From positions 5,231 through 69,230 of the forward strand of contig JBBQSZ010000008.1 in assembly GCA_038234745.1 (NCBI GenBank): a stretch of 64,000 nt of DNA, read 5' to 3'. The position numbers were made by a program, and so were the translations under genes. The DNA is from Flavobacteriales bacterium. Its GTDB lineage: Bacteria > Bacteroidota > Bacteroidia > Flavobacteriales > Flavobacteriaceae. Under the pieces are notes generated by a model. That model searched no databases and had not been told where the DNA came from. It was given only the letters and a program-made list of their open reading frames with translations. Positions 9,993 to 19,057 of the stretch are shown here, in pieces (positions within the stretch are counted from its first letter, which is position 1; each line of letters starts with the position of its first letter).

Positions 9993-10820
9993 TTACGATT
10001 TTGTAGTTGATTGTTCCTTCACAAACGGCTGAATTGGAATTCCGGCCGCTCCAAAAGCAGTCACACAATCTTCTAAAGTTTCTGCAAAAACCTCTCCAAA
10101 ATTTTCATTTTTTGCCCATGGTCTTACGGCAAGTTGTACGCCACTATCCGTTAGGCTTTTCACTGAAACTTCGGCTGCGGGAGTTTTTAGCACCTTTGCA
10201 TTATTATTCAAAACGGTAATGATAAGGTCTTTTGCTTTCTTAATGTCAGTATCATAAGAAATCGAAATTGTAAAATCGGCTCTTCTTATTCCTTGCAAAG
10301 AGTAGTTGATAATCGTTCCATTCGACAAAGAACCATTTGGAATAAAAATAGTTTGATTATTTCCGTTAATTAATTTTGTGACAAATATTTGTATTTCACT
10401 AACTGTTCCAATAACACCTTGTGCTTCAATTGTGTCACCAACTTTAAACGGTTTGAACAAAATAATCAACATTCCGCCGGCAAAATTAGACAATGAACCT
10501 TGTAGAGAAAGTCCAACTGCAAGTCCCATTGCCCCAAGAATGGCAACGAATGAAGATGTTTCGATTCCCAATTTCGAAATAAAAGTCACGAACAACAACA
10601 CTCTCAAAATCCACAATAATATGTCTGCTAAAAATTTGGTCAAGGTGGGGTCTAGTTCCCTCTTGATCATAATTTTTCGAATAAGTCTATTGATTACTCG
10701 AATCACATAAAGTCCGATGAAAAGTATCAGTAAAGCCGAAATTAATTTTGGCGAATAATCAATTAAAACTTTAATAAAAGTTTCCGCGTAATTAGCAATG
10801 TGTTCTGGATTGACTGTCAT
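9993..10820 (-). CDS. mechanosensitive ion channel family protein (MscS-like)
   Basis: Three N-terminal TM helices followed by the MscS beta domain (FKVGDTIEAQGVIGTVSEIQIFVTKL). Confidence 0.85.
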   Translation of the reverse strand: MTVNPEHIANYAETFIKVLIDYSPKLISALLILFIGLYVIRVINRLIRKIMIKRELDPTLTKFLADILLWILRVLLFVTFISKLGIETSSFVAILGAMGLAVGLSLQGSLSNFAGGMLIILFKPFKVGDTIEAQGVIGTVSEIQIFVTKLINGNNQTIFIPNGSLSNGTIINYSLQGIRRADFTISISYDTDIKKAKDLIITVLNNNAKVLKTPAAEVSVKSLTDSGVQLAVRPWAKNENFGEVFAETLEDCVTAFGAAGIPIQPFVKEQSTTKS

Positions 10821-10895
10821 TTTTTTTGTTTAATAAAAAACCTCCTCAAAAAGAGAAGGCTTATGTTTGTTTAGCAAAAGTAAAATTTATAAAAA

Positions 10896-11405
10896 TTAAT
10901 CTACCTTTTTTTCAATTTTTGTTTCTGTAGCTTTTACTGTTTCTGTAGCTTTAGAATCAGCGTCATTTACTATAGAGTTTACTTTATCAGTAACAGTTTC
11001 TTTAGCTTTTGAGGTCAAATCTCCTACAGTATCAGCAACTTCAGCAGTTTTTTCTTTCACGCTTTCTACGATTTTTCCTAAAGCATCTGCTGCTTTATCT
11101 GAATAGTCACTTGCAACTTCTTGAGCTTGATCGGCATAAACTCCGGCTTTTTCAATAATAGGAGCAGCAGTTTCTTTTGCTTTTTCAAATGTATCTCCAG
11201 CAAATGTTTCTGCTTTTTCAATAATTGGCGCAGCAGTTTCTTTTACTTTTTCGAATGTTTCCTCCGCAAATATTTCGGCTTTGTCTAAATAAGGAGTTGC
11301 GGCAACTTTGGCTTCTTCAAATGCAGTTTCTGCATTAGTCGCAAATTCGTCGGCAGTTTTTTTGGCAGAGCCAAATAAATCTTTAAAAAATGTTGATAAA
11401 CCCAT
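10896..11405 (-). CDS. hypothetical protein with tandem amphipathic-helix repeats (LEA/apolipoprotein-like)
   Basis: 169-aa Ala/Glu/Lys-rich ORF with 22-aa repeats AE(I/T)FA(E/G)(E/D)TFEK(V/A)KETAAPIIEK, encoded by a 66-nt tandem DNA repeat. Confidence 0.6.
   Translation of the reverse strand: MGLSTFFKDLFGSAKKTADEFATNAETAFEEAKVAATPYLDKAEIFAEETFEKVKETAAPIIEKAETFAGDTFEKAKETAAPIIEKAGVYADQAQEVASDYSDKAADALGKIVESVKEKTAEVADTVGDLTSKAKETVTDKVNSIVNDADSKATETVKATETKIEKKVD
11146..11277 (-). repeat. 2 x 66-nt in-frame tandem repeat inside the 10896-11405 CDS
   Basis: Units start at 11146 and 11212 (gctttttcaataat...). Degenerate copies continue to about 11343. Confidence 0.8.
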
Positions 11406-11452
11406 AGTATTTTAAAATTAAATTAGGTGCAATAATAAGCATTTATTTAGTC

Positions 11453-13471
11453 TTACTTTGCTAATTCATTAATAATTTGCTGAAAATCAGTAGTTGGTTT
11501 CAAGCAAGTTTTGTTCTGACATAAATAATATAGTGTTTCTGATTCCTTAAACCGATCTTTCAAAAAAGGTAGATTCGAGTTTTTTTCTGCTCCCGCCAAA
11601 ACAATATTTGGCCAGTATAATTTGTTTATTTGTGGCAAATATTCTAACGCCAAATTACCACAAAGTGCCAATTCCTTATTTTCTTCGGAATAATTCAATG
11701 CTAAATCCATCCAATTCGAATAAGCCGAAGGATATTCGATTGCTGGAATGATATTTTGCACCATGCGTCGACTTACTTTTTCATAATAGGAATGATTGAA
11801 ATAAATACTCAACTGAAATAGATTTTTACCCATCACTGAGTTTGAAGCAGGAATTACGTTGTCTTCGGTTTCAAAATGCGACGTGATTAAAGCTTCGTCC
11901 AAATTAGAAGTGAAGGTAAAAAATCCTGAAGTTTCATCATAAAAATGTTCCAAACTATAATCCGTTAATTGTTTGGCATATTGAAGCCATTTCTCATCAA
12001 AAGTCACTTCATATAAACTGATAAACGCAGCGATAACAAAGCAATAATCTTCTAAATATCCGTTGATTGTGCTTTTTCCGTTTTTGTGATTGTGAAATAA
12101 ATTTCCTTCGCTCGACCATAAATTCTTAATGATAAAATTGGCGTTCTCCAAGGCTAATTTTAAATATTTTTTTTCTTCCAAAGCTTTGTAAGCATCAACA
12201 AATCCTTTAAGCATTAGGGCGTTCCAAGAGGTCAAGCATTTGTCATCTAATCTTGGTTTGGAACGCTTTTCTCTTTTTATATAGAGTATTTTCTCCCAAA
12301 AAATTTTCTTTTTTTCGAGCGTCGTAACAAGGATATTGTTGTCTTTTGCAATGTCCTTCAAGCTTTTATTTTGAATTAAGACATAATTTCCGTCTTCCCA
12401 CAATCCAAAAGTATTGATGTTGAAAACTTGGCTGAACAAGTCGAAATCTTCACCAATAATAGTCTTTAATTCTGGGATTTTCCAAACATAAAAAGCGCCT
12501 TCTTCAAGATGGTTTTCGGTATTTAGACTATCCGCATCAAGTGCGCAATAAAAACCATTTTTGGCATTCATTAATTCTCTTTCAACGAACGAAAGTGTTT
12601 TTTCGATGACTTCTTTGTACAAAGGGTTTTGTGTCAATTTGTAGGCATCACTGTACAAAGACACCAATTGTCCGTTGTCATAAAGCATTTTTTCAAAATG
12701 AGGAACGTGCCATTTATTGTCAACTGAATAGCGTGAAAATCCGCCGTCAACCGTGTCAAAAATCCCTCCAAAAGCCATTCGGGTTAAAGTGAGATTCACA
12801 AAATCGAACAACTTTATGTCTTTATTTTGGAAAGCAAAACGCATCAAAAAATGATAATTATTGGGCATCATAAATTTTGGAGCTCTCGCCATTCCACCAA
12901 AATCATAATCAAAATCTGCCGCCCATTTTTCGACTAAACGAGTTAAATCTTCTTGATTGATGGGGTTTTCTGGTTTTATGTTTTCGACAATGTTCAAAGA
13001 TTGAATACCTTGATGTAGTTTTTCGGCATAATCGATTACTTTCTCAGGATTAGATTGAAAGACTTCCTGCAATTGGGCAAGTGTTTGCATCCATTCGTCC
13101 TTTCGGAAATAAGTTCCGCCCCAAATGGGCCTTCCGTCGGGAAGTGTAACCACATTTAAAGGCCATCCGCCACGACGAATCATTAACTGAACGGCTTTCA
13201 TATAAACGGCATCAACATCTGGTCGTTCTTCGCGATCAACTTTGATGCTGACGAAATTTTTATTCATAACGTCGGCAACATCTTGATCTTCGAAGCTCTC
13301 GTGTTCCATAACGTGACACCAATGACAAGCCGAATAGCCAACACTGATAATGATAAGGCTGTTTTTTTCTTTGGCTTCTGACAATGAAGTAGCATTCCAA
13401 GCTTTCCAATGCACAGGATTATTTGCATGTTGCAGCAAATAGGGACTGGTTTCTTTTGAAAGTTGATTCAT
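11453..13471 (-). CDS. thioredoxin-domain protein (DUF255/YyaL-like, N-terminal Trx fold plus alpha/alpha-toroid domain)
   Basis: SPYLLQHANNPVHW, CHWCHVM motif, 672 aa. Confidence 0.85.
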   Translation of the reverse strand: MNQLSKETSPYLLQHANNPVHWKAWNATSLSEAKEKNSLIIISVGYSACHWCHVMEHESFEDQDVADVMNKNFVSIKVDREERPDVDAVYMKAVQLMIRRGGWPLNVVTLPDGRPIWGGTYFRKDEWMQTLAQLQEVFQSNPEKVIDYAEKLHQGIQSLNIVENIKPENPINQEDLTRLVEKWAADFDYDFGGMARAPKFMMPNNYHFLMRFAFQNKDIKLFDFVNLTLTRMAFGGIFDTVDGGFSRYSVDNKWHVPHFEKMLYDNGQLVSLYSDAYKLTQNPLYKEVIEKTLSFVERELMNAKNGFYCALDADSLNTENHLEEGAFYVWKIPELKTIIGEDFDLFSQVFNINTFGLWEDGNYVLIQNKSLKDIAKDNNILVTTLEKKKIFWEKILYIKREKRSKPRLDDKCLTSWNALMLKGFVDAYKALEEKKYLKLALENANFIIKNLWSSEGNLFHNHKNGKSTINGYLEDYCFVIAAFISLYEVTFDEKWLQYAKQLTDYSLEHFYDETSGFFTFTSNLDEALITSHFETEDNVIPASNSVMGKNLFQLSIYFNHSYYEKVSRRMVQNIIPAIEYPSAYSNWMDLALNYSEENKELALCGNLALEYLPQINKLYWPNIVLAGAEKNSNLPFLKDRFKESETLYYLCQNKTCLKPTTDFQQIINELAK

Positions 13472-13533
13472 TTTTTTTAGTATTTAATTTTTGTCAAATC
13501 TAAAGTCAGCAATCTAAATTCTAAACTATTTTG

Positions 13534-14430
13534 TTATCCATTTACAGACTCCACTTTGATGCTTTCGTCATTGAGCATACTTTTGAGCATATTTTCAATG
13601 CCACTTTTTAGCGTAAATGTCGATGATGGACAACCGCTACAAGCACCTTGAAGAATTACGTTTACTACTTTAGTTTCTTCGTCATACGATTCAAAAGCAA
13701 TATTACCGCCATCGGCTTGAACAGCAGGTTTTACATATTCTTCTAAAATATTGATGATTTGTTGTGAAGTAACATCGAGATTATCGAAGTTTTGAGTTTT
13801 TGTTTTTTCTTGTTCTGCAGTTGCTTTGATTAAACTTTCGTCCAGAACAGTTCCGCCGTTTTCGATATATTGTTTGATAAATGTTCTCAATTCCAAAGTG
13901 ATTTCGTCCCAGCTATTGACTTCATATTTGGTTACGGAAATGTAATTTTCATCTATAAAAATTTCTTTCACATACGGAAATTTGAATAATTCTTTTGCCA
14001 AAGGAGAAGCTGCCGTTTCATCAATATTTTTGAATTCTACAGGACTTTTGGTCAGCATTCGGCTTACTACAAATTTCAAAGCAGCTGGATTTGGAGTTGT
14101 TTCGCCATAAACGGTTATGGGTTGTTTTTGAGTTTTGTTTGATGCTGCAATGATTATTCCACCGTTGGTTACAAATGTTTCAATTTGTTCTGCAACAGCA
14201 TCTTTTACATCTTCCCATTCCACAATGCTAAATTTTTCGATGGCAATAAAATTCCCTGAGATATAGACTGTTTTTACAAATGGCAAGTAAAATAACTGCT
14301 GTGCAAGAGGAGAATCATTGGCTTCATCAATGTTTTTGAATTCAAAACTTTCGTTTTGTGTGATAAAATTTTCAAATTCAAATTTTAATATACTAGGGTT
14401 TTGTGTTTCTTTGATTGCTATTTTTGACAT
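13534..14430 (-). CDS. NifU/Nfu-type Fe-S cluster scaffold protein (two Nfu_N-like domains plus a NifU C-terminal CxxC domain)
   Basis: Duplicated N-terminal modules (SPLAQQLF / SPLAKELF) and a C-terminal GACSGCPSS motif. The ATG at 14430 (MSKIAIKE) is preferred over the start at 14472. Confidence 0.8.
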   Translation of the reverse strand: MSKIAIKETQNPSILKFEFENFITQNESFEFKNIDEANDSPLAQQLFYLPFVKTVYISGNFIAIEKFSIVEWEDVKDAVAEQIETFVTNGGIIIAASNKTQKQPITVYGETTPNPAALKFVVSRMLTKSPVEFKNIDETAASPLAKELFKFPYVKEIFIDENYISVTKYEVNSWDEITLELRTFIKQYIENGGTVLDESLIKATAEQEKTKTQNFDNLDVTSQQIINILEEYVKPAVQADGGNIAFESYDEETKVVNVILQGACSGCPSSTFTLKSGIENMLKSMLNDESIKVESVNG

Positions 14431-14586
14431 ATTTTTTTTATTTTTTACAAATTTAGCAAAGTTATTTTCCACTATTAACTATATTTGATTTTTTAAAGAA
14501 TAAATTAACTTTAAAGGCGTTTTAGGTTAAATAAGATGTCTTTTTTTTGAATTGGTTCCCCTAATCAAAACGTAATATTACTTTGA

Positions 14587-15585
14587 ATGTGTCATAAATT
14601 AAAGATTTTTATAGTTTTATTCTTTCTTGCGCAAAATTCTTTTTCACAAGAGGGAATTCCTGTATATTCGGACTATCTGTCGGATAATTATTATTTGCTT
14701 CATCCTTCGATGGCTGGAGCTGCAAACTGCGATAAAATTAGACTTACTGCCCGAAAACAGTGGTTTGACCAGAAAGATGCACCGTCTTTGCAAACCTTAA
14801 GTTATAATGGAAGAGTAGGAGAAAGGTCGGGAGTTGGGATTATTCTTTTTAATGATAAAAACGGGTACCATTCTCAAAAAGGCGCCAAGCTTACTTATGC
14901 TCATCATCTAATGTTTTCAAGAGATGAGATAGATTTGAACCAACTTTCATTTGGAATGAGTGCCGATTTTTTCCAAAGTCAATTAGACGAAACTGAGTTT
15001 TTGCAATCAGGTGATTTTGATCCCATTATCAACGGAATTATTGTTCAAGATGCTTCTTATTTTAATTTAGACATTGGTGCTTCTTATAATTATCTCGATT
15101 TTTATGTTCATGGAACGGTACAGAATGTGCTTGAAACTAAGAGGAAAATTTATACTGACTCTGAAAGTGCCAATTTGAGAAGATTTATATTAAGTGCTGG
15201 ATATGTTTTTGGCGATAAAGACCGGCTTTTATTTGAGCCTTCGCTAATGTTTCAGCTAGTTGAGAAAACTAAAGAAAAATCAATTGACTTTAACATGAAA
15301 GCTTATAAGAATTTTGATTTTGGAAAGCTTTGGGCTGCTTTATCCTATCGTACAAGTTTTGATGGCGCCCAATATGTTAGTGGTAGTGGGGTCTCAACTC
15401 AAAAGCTAAACTATTTCACACCGATTTTTGGTGTTAATTATAAAAAATTTATGTTTGCTTATACCTATTCTTATCTTACTGGCGATGTAAAATTTGATAC
15501 CGGTGGTTTTCATCAAATTACTTTAGGAATCGATTTGTTTTGCAAACGTGAAAAATACGATTGCAATTGTCCTGCCATTAATTAA
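14587..15585 (+). CDS. type IX secretion system membrane protein, PorP/SprF family
   Basis: Signal peptide, then PVYSDYLSDNYYLLHPSMAG, typical of PorP/SprF N-termini. Beta-rich, 332 aa. Confidence 0.75.
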   Translation: MCHKLKIFIVLFFLAQNSFSQEGIPVYSDYLSDNYYLLHPSMAGAANCDKIRLTARKQWFDQKDAPSLQTLSYNGRVGERSGVGIILFNDKNGYHSQKGAKLTYAHHLMFSRDEIDLNQLSFGMSADFFQSQLDETEFLQSGDFDPIINGIIVQDASYFNLDIGASYNYLDFYVHGTVQNVLETKRKIYTDSESANLRRFILSAGYVFGDKDRLLFEPSLMFQLVEKTKEKSIDFNMKAYKNFDFGKLWAALSYRTSFDGAQYVSGSGVSTQKLNYFTPIFGVNYKKFMFAYTYSYLTGDVKFDTGGFHQITLGIDLFCKREKYDCNCPAIN

Positions 15586-15618
15586 TGAGGATATTTCTCA
15601 AAATTTAATTCCCATAAA

Positions 15619-16137
15619 ATGCTCCTAAAAACTGTAAACGGAAAAACACCGTCCATTCCTGAGGATTGTTATGTTGCGGAAAATGCTACCATTGTTGGTG
15701 ATGTTAGTTTTGGGCATTCTTGTAGTGTTTGGTTTAACGCAGTTATCAGAGGTGACGTACATTTTATAACCATTGGAAATAAAGTCAACATTCAAGACGG
15801 TGCAATTGTGCATTGTACATACAAAAAGCATCCTACAATTATTGGAAATAATGTATCTATTGGGCATAATGCTATGGTTCACGGCTGTGTGATTCACGAT
15901 AATGTATTGATAGGAATGGGTGCGATTGTGATGGATAATTGTATTGTAAATAGCAATTCCATTATTGCTGCTGGAGCTGTTGTTACTCAAAACACAGTTG
16001 TCGAATCCGGTAGCATTTATGCTGGAGTTCCTGCCAAAAAAGTTAAAGATATAGATCAATCAGATTTTGCAGGCGAGATCGAACGTATTGCCAATAATTA
16101 CGTAATGTATTCTAGTTGGTATAAAACTGAAGAATAA
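15619..16137 (+). CDS. gamma carbonic anhydrase family / hexapeptide-repeat protein
   Basis: Left-handed beta-helix hexapeptide repeats (IGNNVSIGHNAMVHGCVIHDNVLIGMGAIV), 172 aa. Confidence 0.8.
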   Translation: MLLKTVNGKTPSIPEDCYVAENATIVGDVSFGHSCSVWFNAVIRGDVHFITIGNKVNIQDGAIVHCTYKKHPTIIGNNVSIGHNAMVHGCVIHDNVLIGMGAIVMDNCIVNSNSIIAAGAVVTQNTVVESGSIYAGVPAKKVKDIDQSDFAGEIERIANNYVMYSSWYKTEE

Positions 16138-16143
16138 CTTTTT

Positions 16144-16920
16144 TCAGAAATCTTTTTCGATTACATCATATTTGTTTCCTAAAATTTCCGAAAGTACTTT
16201 TGGATCTGAATTGCTATAAAATATAGGTTTTCTATTTTTGATAGTTGAAAATCCCACTTTTTCATTCAATATATTTTGAGTTTGTTTCGCAACCGCTTCA
16301 CCTGAATCGATGATGTGAATATGTGTAGGAAGTATTTTTTTTATTTGAGGAATTAAATAAGGATAATGGCTGCAGCCTAAGACAAGATAATCGATGTTTG
16401 CTTCAATCATTGGAGTCAGATAGGAGTGAAGAAGGCTGGTCATCTGTAGTGAATTAAGTTGGCCGTTTTCAATGAGTGGAACAATTCCGTGGCCCACTTG
16501 CTCGATTATTTTTGTGTGATGAAACTTCTCAGCGGTCGTGTGAAAAAGTTCGCTATTTAAGGTTCCTTGTGTGGCTAATATTCCAATGGTTTGCGTTTTC
16601 GAATGGATTGCTGCAGGTTTTATCGCTGGTTCTATTCCAATAAAGGGAACGTTGTATTTAGCTCGCAATTCTTGAATAGCATTTGTGGTAGCGGTATTGC
16701 ACGCGACTACAATTAATTTGCAGTCCATATTGAGTAAGATTTCTGTGTTTTTGAAACTTAAAGCAATAATTTCTGCTTTCGATTTTTGACCATAAGGCGC
16801 ATTTTTGCTATCGGCTAAATAAATAGTTTGTTCGTTGGGAAGTAATCGATGAATTTCAGCCCAAATCGAAGTTCCTCCAATGCCTGAATCAAAAATACCG
16901 ATAGGTTTATTGTTATCCAT
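16144..16920 (-). CDS. murI: glutamate racemase
   Basis: IGIFDSGIGGTS, VVACNTATT and LGCSHYP motifs, which include both catalytic Cys motifs. Confidence 0.9.
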   Translation of the reverse strand: MDNNKPIGIFDSGIGGTSIWAEIHRLLPNEQTIYLADSKNAPYGQKSKAEIIALSFKNTEILLNMDCKLIVVACNTATTNAIQELRAKYNVPFIGIEPAIKPAAIHSKTQTIGILATQGTLNSELFHTTAEKFHHTKIIEQVGHGIVPLIENGQLNSLQMTSLLHSYLTPMIEANIDYLVLGCSHYPYLIPQIKKILPTHIHIIDSGEAVAKQTQNILNEKVGFSTIKNRKPIFYSNSDPKVLSEILGNKYDVIEKDF

Positions 16921-16974
16921 AGAAACAAAGTTAGATGCTGCTGTTTAAATAACCTAAAAATTGGTGGTATAAAA

Positions 16975-17004
16975 AAACGCTCAATCATTTTTTTGATTGA
17001 GCGT
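16975..17004 (-). terminator. intrinsic terminator hairpin downstream of ompH (11-bp stem, flanked by A/T runs on both strands)
   Basis: aacgctcaatc / gattgagcgtt with an 8-nt loop. A T-run follows on the minus strand. Confidence 0.7.
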
Positions 17005-17026
17005 TTGCTTTTTAAAAGAAAGATTC

Positions 17027-17527
17027 TTAGAATCCTAATTCTTTTTTAACATCCATAGTCAAGTTAGGACCGTCAGCAAGTAAAAGAGTTGATCCATCAA
17101 GAACATATTGAAAACCTTTAGCTTTTCCTATTTTTTGGATAGCAGTTCTTACTTTTTCGTAGATAGGTTTAGTGATTTCTTCTTGTTTAGTTTGCAATTC
17201 TTTTTGTGCATTTTGTCCGTAATCTTGGATTCTTTTTTGCATATCTTGAACTTCTTTTTGACGTTCAGCATTTACAGCATCTGTAACAGTTGCAGCTTCT
17301 GTGTCATACTTTTTCAGTTTAGTCTGAAATTCTTCAGCCATTTTTTTGTATTCAGCGTCGTATGTTCCGCTCAATTTTTCAATTTGCTTTTGAGCATCAA
17401 GCATTGCTGGCATTTTTGTCATAATGTCGCTTACATCAACGTGTGCAGTTTTTGCTTGAGCGTTCATAGTAGTGCTGGCTCCTAAAATAAGTATTGCAGC
17501 AATTAGTAAAGTTTTGATTTGTTTCAT
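17027..17527 (-). CDS. OmpH/Skp-family periplasmic chaperone
   Basis: Signal peptide plus a coiled-coil-rich 166-aa protein, adjacent to bamA as in other Bacteroidota. Confidence 0.85.
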   Translation of the reverse strand: MKQIKTLLIAAILILGASTTMNAQAKTAHVDVSDIMTKMPAMLDAQKQIEKLSGTYDAEYKKMAEEFQTKLKKYDTEAATVTDAVNAERQKEVQDMQKRIQDYGQNAQKELQTKQEEITKPIYEKVRTAIQKIGKAKGFQYVLDGSTLLLADGPNLTMDVKKELGF

Positions 17528-17579
17528 CGTTTTAAAATATTAATTAATTATTGTTTGTATTTGTTATTCTTAATTTTTC

Positions 17580-19022
17580 TTAGTTTCCTTTTTTAGCAGC
17601 TTCTCTATCTTCTAGAATTTTTTTTCTTTTTTCTTCTAATGCTTTTTTGCGTTCTTCGATAATTTTATTTCGGTCTTCTATCGTTTTTGCCCTTGCTTCT
17701 GCTTGTTTTTCTTTTGCTATCTCTGCCGCTGTTTTTGCTATTGTGTCTTTAGTCACTGCTGTTTTAGTGGCTTCATTAACAAGAGTTGGGCTTGTTGTTG
17801 CTCCTTTTGATTTATTGTCAGAAATCGTGCCAGTTTTTTTTGTTTCTTTAGCTGCTTGCGCTTGTTTGATTTTTTCGTCAAGTGCTTTTTTATTTTCTTC
17901 AGCTACTTTTTTACGATCTTCCAGAATTTTTGCTCTAGCATCTGCTTGTTTTTGTTTGGCTTCTGCTGCTGCTGAGGTTGCTTCTGTAGTTTTTGAGACT
18001 TGTTTTTCAATCGTATTTCCAACTGTTGGACTTGCCTCTGGTTTTTTAGCTTGTCTATCTTCTAGTGTTTGTTTTCTTTTTTCTTCTACAGCTCTTTTGT
18101 TTTCCAGAGCTGCTGCTTTGCGATCTTCTAGTGTCTTGGTCCGAGCATCGATTTGTTGTTGTTTTGCCTCAGCCGCAGTTATTTTTGCAACTTCTTTTTG
18201 TTGTTCGTTGCTATTTACAATTGCACTTTTACCTACTTCAGTAGTAGGAGCAACAACTGTTGTTCCGTTTTTCTTGGCTTCTCGGTCAGCAATAATTTGT
18301 AATTTTCTATCTTCTGCTGCTTTTCTTCTGGTTTCGTTAGCTTCTAATCTTCCTGCTATGACAGCATCTCGAGCTGCTTTTTTATCATCTAAGCTTTTTT
18401 GTCTTGCAGATAGATTTGGGTTGTCAGCAATTGCCTCTTCTTTTGCTTCTTTAGCCGCTTCTTCTTGAAGTTGTTTTTTTGTTAACTGTTCTCTTTTTTC
18501 TGTTCGGTTCAAAATGCGAACTATTTGATCACTGATATCAAATCTTTTTGCGGCAAAAAGCATGGTCATATCGGACGTTTTGTCAAAAATAAAATCATAT
18601 TTTTTTGCTTCGGCAATATCCTGAACAGCAGTAAATACTTGGTCTTGTATTGGTTTTGTTAATGCGCTTTTTTGTATCATCAAATCTCCATTAGGACCAA
18701 ATCTCTTTTGTTGATACTCTAAATTTTCATTTTCTAGAAATGCAATTTCGCTATTCCTTTCCTCTATAAGACCTTTTGTCAATAATGCTTTTTCAGCTTT
18801 TAAGGCATCTTTGAGTTTGTTGATTTCTATTTTCTTGGTTTCAATTTCTTGTTTCCATTTTTGAGCTTTTTGCTCTAGCTGGTTTTGGGCTTCGGTGTAA
18901 TCGGGAACATTTTGCAGAATGTATTCCATATCGATATAACCCACCTTTGTCCCTCTAGTTTGAGCCTGAAATGTATTGACTACTGTCAGTGCTATAAATA
19001 AAAATAAAAATCCTTTTCTCAT
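17580..19022 (-). CDS. OmpH/Skp-family protein with a roughly 300-aa K/E/A-rich repetitive C-terminal extension
   Basis: Residues 1-175 are OmpH-like (VGYIDMEYILQNVPDY). Residues 176-480 hold 3-4 copies of a 70-80 aa unit (AAEAKQ.Q.DAR.K.LEDRK...E.K.K..LEDR.A.K). Confidence 0.8.
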   Translation of the reverse strand: MRKGFLFLFIALTVVNTFQAQTRGTKVGYIDMEYILQNVPDYTEAQNQLEQKAQKWKQEIETKKIEINKLKDALKAEKALLTKGLIEERNSEIAFLENENLEYQQKRFGPNGDLMIQKSALTKPIQDQVFTAVQDIAEAKKYDFIFDKTSDMTMLFAAKRFDISDQIVRILNRTEKREQLTKKQLQEEAAKEAKEEAIADNPNLSARQKSLDDKKAARDAVIAGRLEANETRRKAAEDRKLQIIADREAKKNGTTVVAPTTEVGKSAIVNSNEQQKEVAKITAAEAKQQQIDARTKTLEDRKAAALENKRAVEEKRKQTLEDRQAKKPEASPTVGNTIEKQVSKTTEATSAAAEAKQKQADARAKILEDRKKVAEENKKALDEKIKQAQAAKETKKTGTISDNKSKGATTSPTLVNEATKTAVTKDTIAKTAAEIAKEKQAEARAKTIEDRNKIIEERKKALEEKRKKILEDREAAKKGN

Positions 19023-19057
19023 AACTTTACTGTATTAGAAAAACTCATATTTCCTTT

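Noticed and set aside
15625-16059. 144-aa ORF antisense to the gamma carbonic anhydrase gene
   Set aside because: The hexapeptide-repeat coding sequence keeps the opposite strand open by chance. The + strand product has clear left-handed beta-helix repeats.
17647-18468. 273-aa ORF on the + strand, antisense to the long ompH gene
   Set aside because: It is a mirror image of the K/E/A-rich repeat region and translates to low-complexity Ser/Ala/Phe/Leu sequence. It has no start context or motifs. The OmpH frame on the minus strand has a signal peptide and a conserved core.
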